Assembly: GCA_963834705.1 (NCBI GenBank)
Contig: CAWICV010000014.1
Span: 77,328 to 141,327 of the forward strand
Source of the DNA: an uncultured Actinomycetes bacterium
GTDB lineage: Bacteria > Actinomycetota > Actinomycetes > Streptosporangiales > Streptosporangiaceae
Reading direction: 5' to 3'
DNA: 64,000 nt
Position numbers and translations under genes: made by a program. Of the stretch, positions 43,468 to 52,940 are shown piece by piece (the stretch's first letter is position 1; every line of letters starts with the position of its first letter). The notes beneath the pieces were generated by a model, which was not told where the DNA came from, did not search any database, and saw only the letters and a program-made list of their open reading frames with translations.

Positions 43468-44581
43468 ATGAGTGCCCGCACGGTTCCCCCGTTCCGCGCC
43501 GATCACGTGGGCAGCTTGCTCCGGCCGCCTGAGCTGCTGGCCGCGCGGGGCGAGCACGCGGCCGCGGCTCAGCGCCGGGGAGCTGCGGGCCGAGGAGGAC
43601 GCGGCCATCGCGGCCGCGGTGGCTATGCAGCAGCGGGTGGGGCTGCAGTCGGTGACCGATGGTGAGTTCCGCCGGGCGTCGTGGCACATGGATTTCATTT
43701 ACCAGATCGGCGGGATCAGCCAGGCGCCCGGGAACCTGGCCGTCACGTTCCACCGCCCCGGCGGCGATATCGAGTGGACGCCGGCCGCGCTGCACGTGGG
43801 CAGCAAGCTCCGGATGGACAAGACGATCTTCGGCGAGGACTTCCGCTATCTGCAGTCGCTGGCCGGCCCGTCGGTGGCCAAGCTGACGATCCCGTCGCCG
43901 AATATGGTGCATTACCGGGGTGGGCCGGCGTCGATCGACCGGTCGGTGTACCCGGATGTGGAGGAGTTCTGGGCGGATCTGGCGGCGGCGTATGCCGATG
44001 AGGTGGCCCGGCTGGCCGCCCTGGGCTGCAGTTACCTGCAGTTTGATGACACCAGCCTGGCGTACCTGAACGACCCGGCGCAGCGGGCGGAGATCGCGGC
44101 CCGGGGTGAGGATGCTGATCACCTGCATCTGCGGTATATCCGGCAGGTGAACGCGGCGCTGGCGGGCCAGGCCGGGCTGGCGGTGACCACGCATCTGTGC
44201 CGGGGGAACTTCCGGTCCTCGTGGGCCGCCTCAGGTGGGTATGACTTCGTGGCCGAGGCGCTGTTCGGGGGGCTGGCGGTGGATGGGTTCTTCCTGGAGT
44301 TCGACGATGAGCGCAGCGGCGGGTTCGAGCCGCTGCGGTTCGTGCCGCCGGGCACGATGGTGGTGCTGGGCCTGGTCACCACCAAGCGCGGGGAGCTGGA
44401 GGACCCGGACGTGCTCAAGCGGCGGGTGGAGGAGGCGTCGCGGTTCGTGCCGCTGGAGCAGCTGGCCCTGTCGGGGCAGTGCGGGTTCTCCTCCACGGCC
44501 GAAGGCAACGAGCTGACCTACGACCAGCAGGTCGCCAAGCTCGACCTCATCGTCAGCGTCGCCCACGACATCTGGGGCTGA
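43468..44581 (+). pseudogene. Cobalamin-independent methionine synthase (MetE C-terminal domain)-family protein with a frameshift near 43560 (or assembly error)
   Basis: 'MSARTVPPFRADHVGSLLRPPELLAARGEHAA' is in frame 1 (RBS 'aaggag'). The continuation 'LSAGELRAEEDAAIAAAVAMQQRVGLQSVTDGEFRR...HLCRGN...SGQCGFSS' is in frame 2 (ORF 43472..44581). Confidence 0.75.
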
Positions 44582-44691
44582 CCCACCAGTCGGCTCCGCT
44601 CGGGGGCACTGGCCCCTAGACGCGTCCAGCTAGACGATGGCTTTGCCTTAGTGATTCCTCTGTCCGATTTCGGAGCTTTGGGCGGTCCCTG

Positions 44692-45441
44692 ATGCGGAGT
44701 CCTGTGGGTAAGGCGGCACGCGCCACCCTCATGGTGAGCCTGGCCATGCTCGGCTTGGCCTTGATCCTGATCTCGCCCCTCGGGCTGAAGGCAATCGCCG
44801 TGGTCAAGGGGCTCGACTGGGTAAAGCTGGGTAATGTCGGCCAGGCGTACGGCGCGATATCGGCTGTGATTTCAGGAGTTGCTCTCGCCGGGGTGACTCT
44901 TTCTCTTTTCTTGCAGGCCCGAGACTTCAATCTCTCTCGTATGCAGGTTATGCGAAACCACCATTCGGATCTCATGCGCTTCAGTATTGAGAACCCATCA
45001 TTTATCTCGAGCTGGGGTTTCGTGCCAGCTCCAGGTTCCGACCTGGAGCGCGTTCGCAGGATTGGCTTTACGAATACGATAGCGAGCTTCTGGAAGGATA
45101 GTTACGAAACGAGAATGCTCGATGATGGCGAGACCCACTTCAACTTTTATCAGCTGTTCCAGGGAGAGGCGGGACGGGAATACTGGACGAATTCTCGCCT
45201 CGCGTGGGCCGAGACAGCCAGAACCCGCCGGAGCCGACGCTTTATACGGATCGCCGAAGAGGAATACGGTAAGGCCATCTCGTCCGGCCCCCCAGTTGTC
45301 CCAGCTGACCTAGCCTCCTATCTGAGAGCCGACGGTTCAAGAAGGCTACGCAAACGGCTACGGTCAGGCCGGGTAATCCCAATTGCCGGGGGATTCGCCA
45401 TAGGAATCATGGCTGCACGCTTTATGTTACGCCGACGCTAG
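44692..45441 (+). CDS. Membrane protein of unknown function (resembles DUF6082 family, from memory) in a lower-GC island
   Basis: Two N-terminal TM segments ('ATLMVSLAMLGLALILISPLGL', 'YGAISAVISGVALAGVTLSLFLQ'), then 'ARDFNLSRMQVMRNHHSDLMRFSIENPSFISSWGF'. G+C is clearly lower than in the flanking genes. Confidence 0.55.
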   Translation: MRSPVGKAARATLMVSLAMLGLALILISPLGLKAIAVVKGLDWVKLGNVGQAYGAISAVISGVALAGVTLSLFLQARDFNLSRMQVMRNHHSDLMRFSIENPSFISSWGFVPAPGSDLERVRRIGFTNTIASFWKDSYETRMLDDGETHFNFYQLFQGEAGREYWTNSRLAWAETARTRRSRRFIRIAEEEYGKAISSGPPVVPADLASYLRADGSRRLRKRLRSGRVIPIAGGFAIGIMAARFMLRRR

Positions 45442-46325
45442 ATTCGGACGTGGGACCGGGTATGCCGCCCTGCTCCAAATTTGACGCCTCGCCACGCGGA
45501 CTGGCCTACTGCCCGCAGGAAAGGGCCGGGCGGGTTGCGCCCAGTCTCCGGCGGTTCGGAAGACACTTCGGCGACCTCTGCTGCGAATGGCGTCTAGGGC
45601 GCCGCTGCGCTCCGGGCGTGACGTGATTCTGTGCTCTGCAACCGGCATTCTGCCGGGTCGATTGCCGCTGTGCCCCGATCTGACGTATGCGGTGGACGCC
45701 AGTCGACTGCGCGACCGTATGCCGAGCGGGCAGATTGTTAAGGACACAATTGGTGCGCCCTGACGGCACTTGCGAGACCGGATGGCCGTGAACCATGAAT
45801 ACCTCGCGCTTTATGATGGACCCGGGATCGGGTCGCCGGTGACGTACGGCGGGTGCCCGCGCACGCTGCGTCGCTGGCGGCACAGATACCGACGCGGCGT
45901 TGTTGTGCCCGGCAGCCGCCACCACGCGGTTGGGCCAGCCTGATCTCCCGCGGGGCTCGTGCCAGAGCACCGCTCCCGAGCAAGGGCCTGGCGGCGAGTG
46001 CTGTGACTGCTGAGGCCGGTGTGCATCCTGCGGATGACGTGGGCGTATCTACCTGGCGTCATCCAGTTTGGGGTTATCTTGTGGGGCACGTCCCCCTTGG
46101 TCTCCGCGGAAATCACACGGCAACTGACCGGTCTTTAGCTGAAGGCAAGCGCGATGGGAGTGCCAGGTATTACAGTTTTACCGCACGAACGGCCGCCGCT
46201 GGTGGGGCATTAAGTTCCCTCAGTGTCTGCCTGCTGGTGCATTACCCCGTAACGCCATCTTTTACCCCAGATCCGCTCGTCCGTCGGAAGTCTGCCGGCG
46301 GACTTAGGTTAGTCGCGAGGTAGCA

Positions 46326-46595
46326 GTGGTTGACGCAGATAAGTCAAGTCAGCGGCGCTTCATCCGGAGTGCCCGAAATCGCCGTAACAGTGGGTACAGC
46401 CCGCAGCCGACCGATTCCGTCCAGTGGCGGAAGAGTTCGCACAGCGCGGCTAACGGTAACTGCGTAGAAGTAGCCGAGCTGGACGCCACGATTGGCGTGC
46501 GTGACTCCAAGGCCGGTGGCGCAAGTCCCGTGCTCCAGTTCCCCCCGGCCGACTGGGCCGCCTTCCTAGCAGACGTGAAGAGCCACGGGTACTGA
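46326..46595 (+). CDS. DUF397 (BldB-like) domain protein
   Basis: 'WRKSSHSAANGNCVEVAELDATIGVRDSKAGGASPVLQFPPADWAAFLADVK' is the canonical DUF397 pattern. It has a GTG start. Confidence 0.8.
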   Translation: MVDADKSSQRRFIRSARNRRNSGYSPQPTDSVQWRKSSHSAANGNCVEVAELDATIGVRDSKAGGASPVLQFPPADWAAFLADVKSHGY

Positions 46596-46611
46596 CCGTC
46601 TGTCCTGTGAC

Positions 46612-46638
46612 CAGCCCGGCCGACTGTCGGCCGGGCTG
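46612..46638. terminator. Perfect 12-bp stem / 3-nt loop hairpin between convergent genes (bidirectional terminator candidate)
   Basis: 'cagcccggccga-ctg-tcggccgggctg'. There is no clear U-tract. Confidence 0.5.
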
Positions 46639-46647
46639 CCAGGCTGG

Positions 46648-47520
46648 CTAGGTCCATAGCTCGCGGGCCGTCCGGAGGAGGAGATCCCGACACGTTGCTG
46701 CGTCCAGGGATCTCTCCCGCAGGGCATCGAATGACACCCGGTACCGGAACGTTTCCTCTCCGTTTTCGAGGTAGCTGCTTCCGGTTAGGTTTTCGACACT
46801 TACGATGTCTGCCAGTGGCACATCGTGCACTTGTGAGAACTGCATGTAAGTAAAGGCACCGGTGCCGATGGGGTGCTCGCCGCCAAGCGGGAGGATCCAG
46901 ACGTCCACATTGGGCATTTCGGAAGCTTCGGCTACTCGGAGCAATTGCCTATGCATGCCAGCGTTATCTCCAAATCGCCGCCGGAGCACTGACTCGTCTA
47001 TGATGACGGCTAGCTCCAGGGGTGGCTCACGGGTGAGCCGCTGCTGCCGCATGTGCCGGAGGGCGATTCGTCTTTCCCAGTCTCCTGGCGCCAGCCGGAA
47101 CATTGACTGGTAGCCGACGTGGATAGCCCGGGCGTAGTCCTCGATCTGTAGCAGGCCAGGCACCACAACCGGCTCCCAGTTCCAGATGGAGCGGGCTTCG
47201 TCTTCTGCGGACAGATAGTCGGCGTAGTCAGGGGGCAGGCCGGCTACCACGGCCCGGAGCCGTCCGGGCCTGGTGGACTCGCTGGCCAGAGCCTGAAGAT
47301 CCTCGCGGTAGGGGCTCTCCACCCTGTACAGCTCGAGCAGCTTGTCCAGGTCGTCACGCTTCAGGCCGATCCGATGATGCTCGATGCGGCTGATCTTGGA
47401 CCCAGACCAGCCTAGCTTCGCAGCCGCTTCGTCGCCGGTCAGGTTGGCGCGCTCCCGCAGCCGGCGTAGCTCCTCGGCGAGTCGGCGGCGCCGGACGGTC
47501 TGGGTGCCATGGTCAGGCAT
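46648..47520 (-). CDS. WhiJ-like XRE-family regulator (HTH plus DUF5753-type domain), second copy
   Basis: 'RRRRLAEELRRLRERANLTGDEAAAKLGWSGSKISRIEHHRIGLKRDDLDKLLELYRV' plus the C-terminal domain. Confidence 0.85.
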   Translation of the reverse strand: MPDHGTQTVRRRRLAEELRRLRERANLTGDEAAAKLGWSGSKISRIEHHRIGLKRDDLDKLLELYRVESPYREDLQALASESTRPGRLRAVVAGLPPDYADYLSAEDEARSIWNWEPVVVPGLLQIEDYARAIHVGYQSMFRLAPGDWERRIALRHMRQQRLTREPPLELAVIIDESVLRRRFGDNAGMHRQLLRVAEASEMPNVDVWILPLGGEHPIGTGAFTYMQFSQVHDVPLADIVSVENLTGSSYLENGEETFRYRVSFDALRERSLDAATCRDLLLRTARELWT

Positions 47521-47951
47521 GTATCCGCCCCCCGAGCTGGCGGTTCAGTCGCTGCTGCCGGTCGGTGTCGGTGGCGTTGGTATCACCCACCAGAGTAATG
47601 CTTGGTAAGCACATGCGTGAAGTTTGCGTGATCAATAGTAGTGCAATCTGCACTGCATCTTGTTGACTACTGAATGGTGCCGTTGAATTTTAAAAGCGCA
47701 GGAGGCCTGCTCCCGTGGAGCGGAGGAGGGAACGCGGATGATTGGCAGGCAGATTTACCCGGACGCTCTCTCGCCCAGTGCCTGCCCCGGCCACCGGTCT
47801 CGGCGGCCGCCCCGGCACGGACGGCGTACCAGGTCAGGGCTCGGTAAGCCCGGGACCGAGGGCGCCACGATCACGGGTATCTCTCCATCAACGCCACCAT
47901 CAGGGAGTAACTGGGATGAGCTATGCCCGCGGCGCGCGGTGCCGCAGGCTC

Positions 47952-49523
47952 TCAGCGGTGCACAGCGGCCAGCAGGGCGGCATAGGACCGGACCAGGGTG
48001 GCGTGCTCCAGGGCGAGCAGCGGGCTGTCCGGCTGGCAGCCCTCGGCCACCCACCGGTCGGACAGATCCATGGCCTGCGTACGGTACGCGGCGGCCGGCC
48101 GGACCGCACTGGGCTGGACCTGGTACAGGAACGCGTACAGCCGGGCCACCGCGTCCACCAGCGCGTCGGCCGGGACCGGGCCATTCTGGTGCTCCCGGTG
48201 CTCCCGGTGCACCCGCCACCACTCCACTTCGAGCCGGGCCGCCTCGGCGATGTCCGCCGGCAGCCCGTAGACCGACCGGACCAGGCCGTAGAACCGCTGC
48301 ATGCAGCGCCGCGCGCCGTCCGGATCGTTGTCCATCGGCGCCCACAGCTGGATGGCCCGCAGCGCCAGCCAGGCAGCATGCAGGGTGCGCGGCCAGCTCA
48401 TCCCGAAGCCGGCCCGGACCAGGCCCACGGAGGCGCCCAGCACCCCGGCCCAGTCCCGCCGGTAGTACCCCACCCAGGCCCGGAACTCCAGATCGGCCAC
48501 CCGGGCCGGGTCGAACGACCGCGGCCCGCCCGGCCGCCGGCCGCGGATGCCCGGCCGCCGGGCGCGGCCCGTCGGCCGCGCCGGTCTGGTCAGCGCCGCG
48601 CTGCCCAGGGCGGTGCTGCTGACGACGGTGCTGCTGACGACCGCTCCGCCGACGACGCCGTTGCCCAGGGCGCCGTTGCCCAGGGCGGTGCTGCCCAGCA
48701 CGGTGTTACCCAGCACGGTGCTGCCCAGCACGGTGTTACCCAGCACGGTGTTACCCAGCAGCCTGCCGCCTGGGATCCGGTGGTTCCGCGCGACCAGCCG
48801 GACGCCGAAGCCGTGCACGGCCAGCCGGAGCAGCACCTGGCCCGGCCGGACCAGCTGGGCGACCCGGGCGGCGCTCAGCGCCTCGAGATCACCCAGCCGC
48901 TCCGCATAGGCGTCGGCGCCCAGCGACCGGGCAGCGTTCAGCTCAATCGTGTTTTCCCACACCTTGGCCCGCGCCTCGCGCAGGAAGCGCCGGCTGGCGG
49001 CCTGGTTCAGTGGGGCGAGCGCGGCGTCCACCGCGGACCGCGGCCCGGCGGCGGCCAGTTCGGCGTCCTCGGCGCCGACCCGCTGGCTGAGCACCTCGTC
49101 GATGCGCTGGTGGTCGGCCCGGCGGCGGGCGAGCAGCGCCGGATCGGTGAACTCGGGGCTGCTGATCACCACGAGCAGCGCCTGCGGCAGGTCGTAGTTG
49201 ATATGCGCGTTCATGCCGAGCAGCACATGCCGCAGCGCGGGTGCGGACGGCTGCTCCCGTCCGGTGCGGAACGCCATCGCCCACGGGCCGGGCACCGGCG
49301 CGCCCGCCGAGTCGGCGTCCAGCGCGTCAAGATAAAGCGCCGCGAACGCGACGTCCCACCGCTCCACCCAGTCCGGGTCGCTGAACCGGCCGGCCCGGAG
49401 CGCGTCCCGGATCGCCCGGGTGGTGCGCAGATACGTGGCGTGGAAGAAGCGCCGCGGGTCACCGGCCGCCTGCATCGGCCTGAGCAGCGCCTCCATCCGC
49501 CCGATGAGCGCATCGATGCTCAC
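47952..49523 (-). CDS. DUF5995-like N-terminal domain fused through a 5-aa repeat linker to a second conserved-looking domain
   Basis: The N-terminus 'FHATYLRTTRAIRDAL...LGMNAHINYDLPQAL' matches DUF5995 from memory. The middle is '(LGNTV/LGSTV...)' repeats. The C-terminal ~200 aa are non-repetitive. Confidence 0.65.
   Translation of the reverse strand: MSIDALIGRMEALLRPMQAAGDPRRFFHATYLRTTRAIRDALRAGRFSDPDWVERWDVAFAALYLDALDADSAGAPVPGPWAMAFRTGREQPSAPALRHVLLGMNAHINYDLPQALLVVISSPEFTDPALLARRRADHQRIDEVLSQRVGAEDAELAAAGPRSAVDAALAPLNQAASRRFLREARAKVWENTIELNAARSLGADAYAERLGDLEALSAARVAQLVRPGQVLLRLAVHGFGVRLVARNHRIPGGRLLGNTVLGNTVLGSTVLGNTVLGSTALGNGALGNGVVGGAVVSSTVVSSTALGSAALTRPARPTGRARRPGIRGRRPGGPRSFDPARVADLEFRAWVGYYRRDWAGVLGASVGLVRAGFGMSWPRTLHAAWLALRAIQLWAPMDNDPDGARRCMQRFYGLVRSVYGLPADIAEAARLEVEWWRVHREHREHQNGPVPADALVDAVARLYAFLYQVQPSAVRPAAAYRTQAMDLSDRWVAEGCQPDSPLLALEHATLVRSYAALLAAVHR
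48601..48765. repeat. 15-bp in-frame tandem repeat (~11 units; core 'cacggtgttacccag')
   Basis: A 15-nt periodicity can be read directly across 48601-48765. On the coding (minus) strand it encodes LGNTV-type pentapeptides. Confidence 0.9.
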
Positions 49524-49570
49524 CTACCGCCTCCCCCTGCCCCTGCTGCCGCACCGGCCAGTTCGCCGGC

Positions 49571-49604
49571 TGCTACCTCAATACACTCTGCTACCTCAAT
49601 ACAC
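49571..49604. promoter_or_regulatory. 16-bp direct repeat 'tgctacctcaatacac' x2 (2-bp spacer) upstream of the DUF5995-like gene
   Basis: Perfect copies lie at 49571-49586 and 49589-49604, 50-80 bp upstream of the minus-strand start at 49523. Confidence 0.3.
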
Positions 49605-50036
49605 ACGGAACTGGGTGGACGAAACATCCACACAGAGTGATCACGTTGGCGGCGATGCGTGCTGCACAACCCCGCGGCGCTGGGTGCACCCGCGGCCAGC
49701 GGTAAAGGAGATCATCTCGTAAAGCAGCGCTCCGGGCACGTGAACACTGGCCGGCCGGGTCGGTTCCCTGGTGGCGGACGAGTAGCGTCATTCACCATGG
49801 CGTAGCAAAAACAAAGTAAAGCCAGGCTTTAGCCCGACCGGCTGATGGCCGGCCGGGCTAATCAGGGTTACCCCAGATCACCCTGCGGATGGGGTAGAGA
49901 AAACCAGCCGAAGAAAGGAGGCATCCGCCCTGCTCTGCCCCTTACTCTGCGGTTATAGCGCAGGTGGGGGAGTGCGAGTATGGAGCGGGCGATCCATGAT
50001 CGCCAGGCTACGGGGAATGGCCTGGCTACGCGGGGC

Positions 50037-50762
50037 ATGCCGATGGTGCTGATGTACCACTCGGTGCAGCCGTACACCGAGGATCCCTATCTGGTGACGG
50101 TCGGGCCGCCGCGCTTCGAGCAGCAGATGCGCTGGCTGAGCCGGCGCGGGCTGCGCGGGGTGTCGATAGCCGAACTGCTCGCCGCGCGGGCGGCGGGCGC
50201 CGGCAAGGGACTGGTCGGGCTGACTTTCGACGATGGCTACGCCGATTTCGCCGAGTACGCACTGCCGGTGCTGCGGCGCCATGACTTCACCGCGACCGTG
50301 TTCGTGATCGCTGGCCGGCTGGGCGGGGACAACGTCTGGGACCCGGCCGGTCCGCGCAAACCGCTGCTGGACGCGGCCCAGGTCAGGCGGCTGGCCGAGG
50401 CTGGGGTGGAGATCGGCTCGCACGGGATGCAACACGTGTCGCTGCCCGCGGCACACGACGCGCTGGCCGCCGAGACCGGAGGCAGCCGGCGCATCCTGCA
50501 GGACATCACCGGCCGGCCGGCCAGCGGGTTCTGCTATCCATACGGCCACCTGGACGCCGAGGTGGTCAGCGCGGTCCGCGCCGCGGGCTACGACTACGGC
50601 TGCGCGATCTGGCCGTCGGAGTACGCCGGGCGGCATGCGCTGCCGCGGACTTACATCGGTGATGCAGACACCTCGCCCCGGCTCTGGGGCAAGGCGGTGC
50701 GGCACTGGCTGGCCCGGGCCTACCCCGGTCCAGGCGGTGCTCGATTTTGGCCAAGGGTGTGA
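50037..50762 (+). CDS. Polysaccharide deacetylase (NodB-homology/CE4) family protein
   Basis: 'MVLMYHSV', 'LTFDDGYADF' and 'GSHGMQHVSL' are CE4 motifs. Confidence 0.85.
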   Translation: MPMVLMYHSVQPYTEDPYLVTVGPPRFEQQMRWLSRRGLRGVSIAELLAARAAGAGKGLVGLTFDDGYADFAEYALPVLRRHDFTATVFVIAGRLGGDNVWDPAGPRKPLLDAAQVRRLAEAGVEIGSHGMQHVSLPAAHDALAAETGGSRRILQDITGRPASGFCYPYGHLDAEVVSAVRAAGYDYGCAIWPSEYAGRHALPRTYIGDADTSPRLWGKAVRHWLARAYPGPGGARFWPRV

Positions 50763-50901
50763 ATATCCCGCACTCTGCGTAGGCCGCCTACCCCTGTTGA
50801 GTGAGCCGGAGGAGTAAGTCGGCTGGCACAGTCTGAATTCGAGAAGAACTGGCTAGGCGCGTCGGTGGATTTTCGCCTAGCCCACGGGGCAAGGGGGCAT
50901 A

Positions 50902-51579
50902 GTGGCCGAGCAACGGCTTTCGCTAGCGGTCAACGGGCAAGAGGACCTGTTCCGCAAGAAGCTGATCACTTACCGTGCCGTGAACCGCGCGGGGGCCGCC
51001 CAGGGAAATGGCCGGCAGGTGACAGCGGGCTCGGTCGCCATTGTCGGGCTGGGGTACGTCGGACTGCCCACCGCGGTGGCGCTGCACGGCGCGGTCCGGC
51101 GCATCATCGGCATCGACCTCAATGAGCAGCGGCTACGGGACATCCTGGCCCGCCGCGCCGACCTCGGCCGCCCGGACCTGGAGCGGCTGGCCGGGGCGCT
51201 GGCCGACGGCAGCCTGGAACTCACCATCGACCCGGCCGCGGCTAAGGCGGCCGACGCCGTCATCATCTGCGTGCCCACCCCGGTGGACAGCGAGCAGTCC
51301 CCGGGCCTGTCCGCGCTCCGCGCGGCCTGGGGCGCCGCGGTCCAGTACGCCCGGCCCGGCCAGCTCATCATCCTGACCTCGACCAGCTACGTGGGCACCA
51401 CCCGGGACCTGCTCATCGAGCCACTGGCCGCCCGCGGGCTGGTGGCCGGGGCCGACTGGGACCTGGCCGTGGCACACACGCTGCACCCGGGGACGGACTA
51501 CTCCTGGGCCTACAGCTGCCCGCGGGGGCTGGATGGCACGTACCAGTTCTTCGGCGCGGCCCACCGCGCGGTGGTGTGA
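50902..51579 (+). pseudogene. Nucleotide-sugar (UDP-glucose/GDP-mannose) dehydrogenase, N-terminal NAD-binding domain only; probable 3'-truncated remnant
   Basis: 'VAIVGLGYVGLPTAVAL...VIICVPTPVD...IILTSTSYVGTT' matches the N-domain. The ORF stops ~30 aa after the 'LAV..PG' region, where ~230 more aa (central and C-terminal domains) are expected. The next gene starts on its stop codon. Confidence 0.5.
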
Positions 51580-52940
51580 GGGCAATCATGCTCGAAGAGC
51601 TGCGCGCAGCGGACGTGACCACCCCGGCGGTGGTGCTCAAGCTGGACCCGAACATGCTGCACCACGGCGTGCTCGGGGTGATCCGCAGCCTGGGCCGGCT
51701 CGGCGTGCCAGTGTATGGGGTGCACGAGGCCCGGTGGGCGCCCGCGGCCAGCTCCCGTTACCTGGCCGGCCGGGTGTTCTGGCAGCCGCCGCCGGACGAC
51801 GTGGACCGGATCACCGCCGGGCTGCTCGGCCTGGGCCGCCGGATCGGCCTGCCCGCGGTGCTGCTGCCCACCGACGACGCGGGGGCGATCTTCCTGGCCG
51901 AGCACGGCCGGCCGCTGCGGGACAGTTTCCTGTTCGCCGACCCGCCCGCGGAGCTGCCCCGGCGGGTGGCCGGCAAGTACTCGCTATACCAGCTGTGCCG
52001 CGACCTGGGGGTGCCCAGCCCGCGGACCACGATGGCCTGGTCGGCCGGGGAAGCCGCGGACCTCGCGGCCGCGGCGGGTTTCCCGGTTATCGGCAAGCTG
52101 ACCACCCCGTGGCGCGCGGCCGGGTGCCCCCACGGGCCGCTGCTGCGCAGCACCACGATCATCCCCGACCGGGCCGGGCTGGCCGAGGTCTGGCGGCGCT
52201 GCACCGAGGCCGGGCTCGGCCTGATGCTGCAGGAGTACCTGCCCGGCGGCCCCGGCCAGGACTGGTTCTTCCACGGCTACTGCGACACGGCCGGCCGCTG
52301 CCAGCCCGCGTTCACCGGGGTCAAGGACCGGTCCTACCCGGCGTATGCCGGGCTGACCAGCCTAGGCCACGCGGCGCCCAACACCGAGCTGCGCGATCAG
52401 CTCACCGGGCTGCTCGGCACCATCGGTTTCCGCGGCATCGTCGACCTCGACCTGCGGTTCGACCCGCGGGACGGGCAGTACAAGCTACTCGACTTCAACC
52501 CTCGGCTGGGCGCGCAATTCCGGCTGTTCGAGGACACCGCTGGGCTGGATGTGGCCCGGGCCGCGTACCTCGACCTGACCGGCCAGCCGATGGCCGGGCG
52601 GCCCATGGTGGCCGGCCGCCGGTTCCTGGTGGAGAACTACGACCCGCTGGGCGCGGCCGGCTACTGGCGTGCCGGGCAGCTGCGGCTGACCTCGTGGGCG
52701 GCCTCGCTGCGCCCGGTGGACGAGCTGGCCTGGTTCGCCCGGGACGACCTGCGGCCGTTCGGCCTGATGTGCCTGCGGATGGGCTGGCGGGCGGTCAGCC
52801 GGCCGTGGACCCGGGGCTCGCCCGCGCAGCCACGCGCCGCGGGCGAGCCCCGCTATAGCAGGGGGCGCCAGAGAGTCTCAGCCGCCGCGCACGAGCACCG
52901 ATCAGAAGGCAGGTTTCTTCAAGTGGGGGGTAAGGCATGA
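51576..52940 (+). CDS. ATP-grasp domain protein (carboxylate-amine ligase type)
   Basis: 'VVLKLDPNMLHHGVLGVIRSLGRLGVPVYGV', 'FPVIGKL', 'LMLQEYLPGG' and 'IVDLDLRFDPRDGQYKLLDFNPRLG' form an ATP-grasp pattern. The alternative start is ATG 51588. Confidence 0.75.
   Translation: MRAIMLEELRAADVTTPAVVLKLDPNMLHHGVLGVIRSLGRLGVPVYGVHEARWAPAASSRYLAGRVFWQPPPDDVDRITAGLLGLGRRIGLPAVLLPTDDAGAIFLAEHGRPLRDSFLFADPPAELPRRVAGKYSLYQLCRDLGVPSPRTTMAWSAGEAADLAAAAGFPVIGKLTTPWRAAGCPHGPLLRSTTIIPDRAGLAEVWRRCTEAGLGLMLQEYLPGGPGQDWFFHGYCDTAGRCQPAFTGVKDRSYPAYAGLTSLGHAAPNTELRDQLTGLLGTIGFRGIVDLDLRFDPRDGQYKLLDFNPRLGAQFRLFEDTAGLDVARAAYLDLTGQPMAGRPMVAGRRFLVENYDPLGAAGYWRAGQLRLTSWAASLRPVDELAWFARDDLRPFGLMCLRMGWRAVSRPWTRGSPAQPRAAGEPRYSRGRQRVSAAAHEHRSEGRFLQVGGKA

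Noticed and set aside
45441-46325. ORFs 45427..45747(-), 45506..45970(-), 45811..46116(-) and 45853..46323(+), plus a short '...CPRTLRRWRHRY...' stretch reminiscent of an IS transposase HTH
   Set aside because: The translations are Arg/Pro-rich, mutually overlapping and without motifs. The HTH-like stretch is about 15 aa long and has no supporting context. The region is left as non-coding or unknown.
50850-50885. Hairpin 'gctaggcg...cgcctagc' after the deacetylase gene, as a terminator
   Set aside because: The stem is only 8-9 bp with a large loop. It lies immediately upstream of the next co-directional gene, so it is not distinguishable from chance or from a leader structure.
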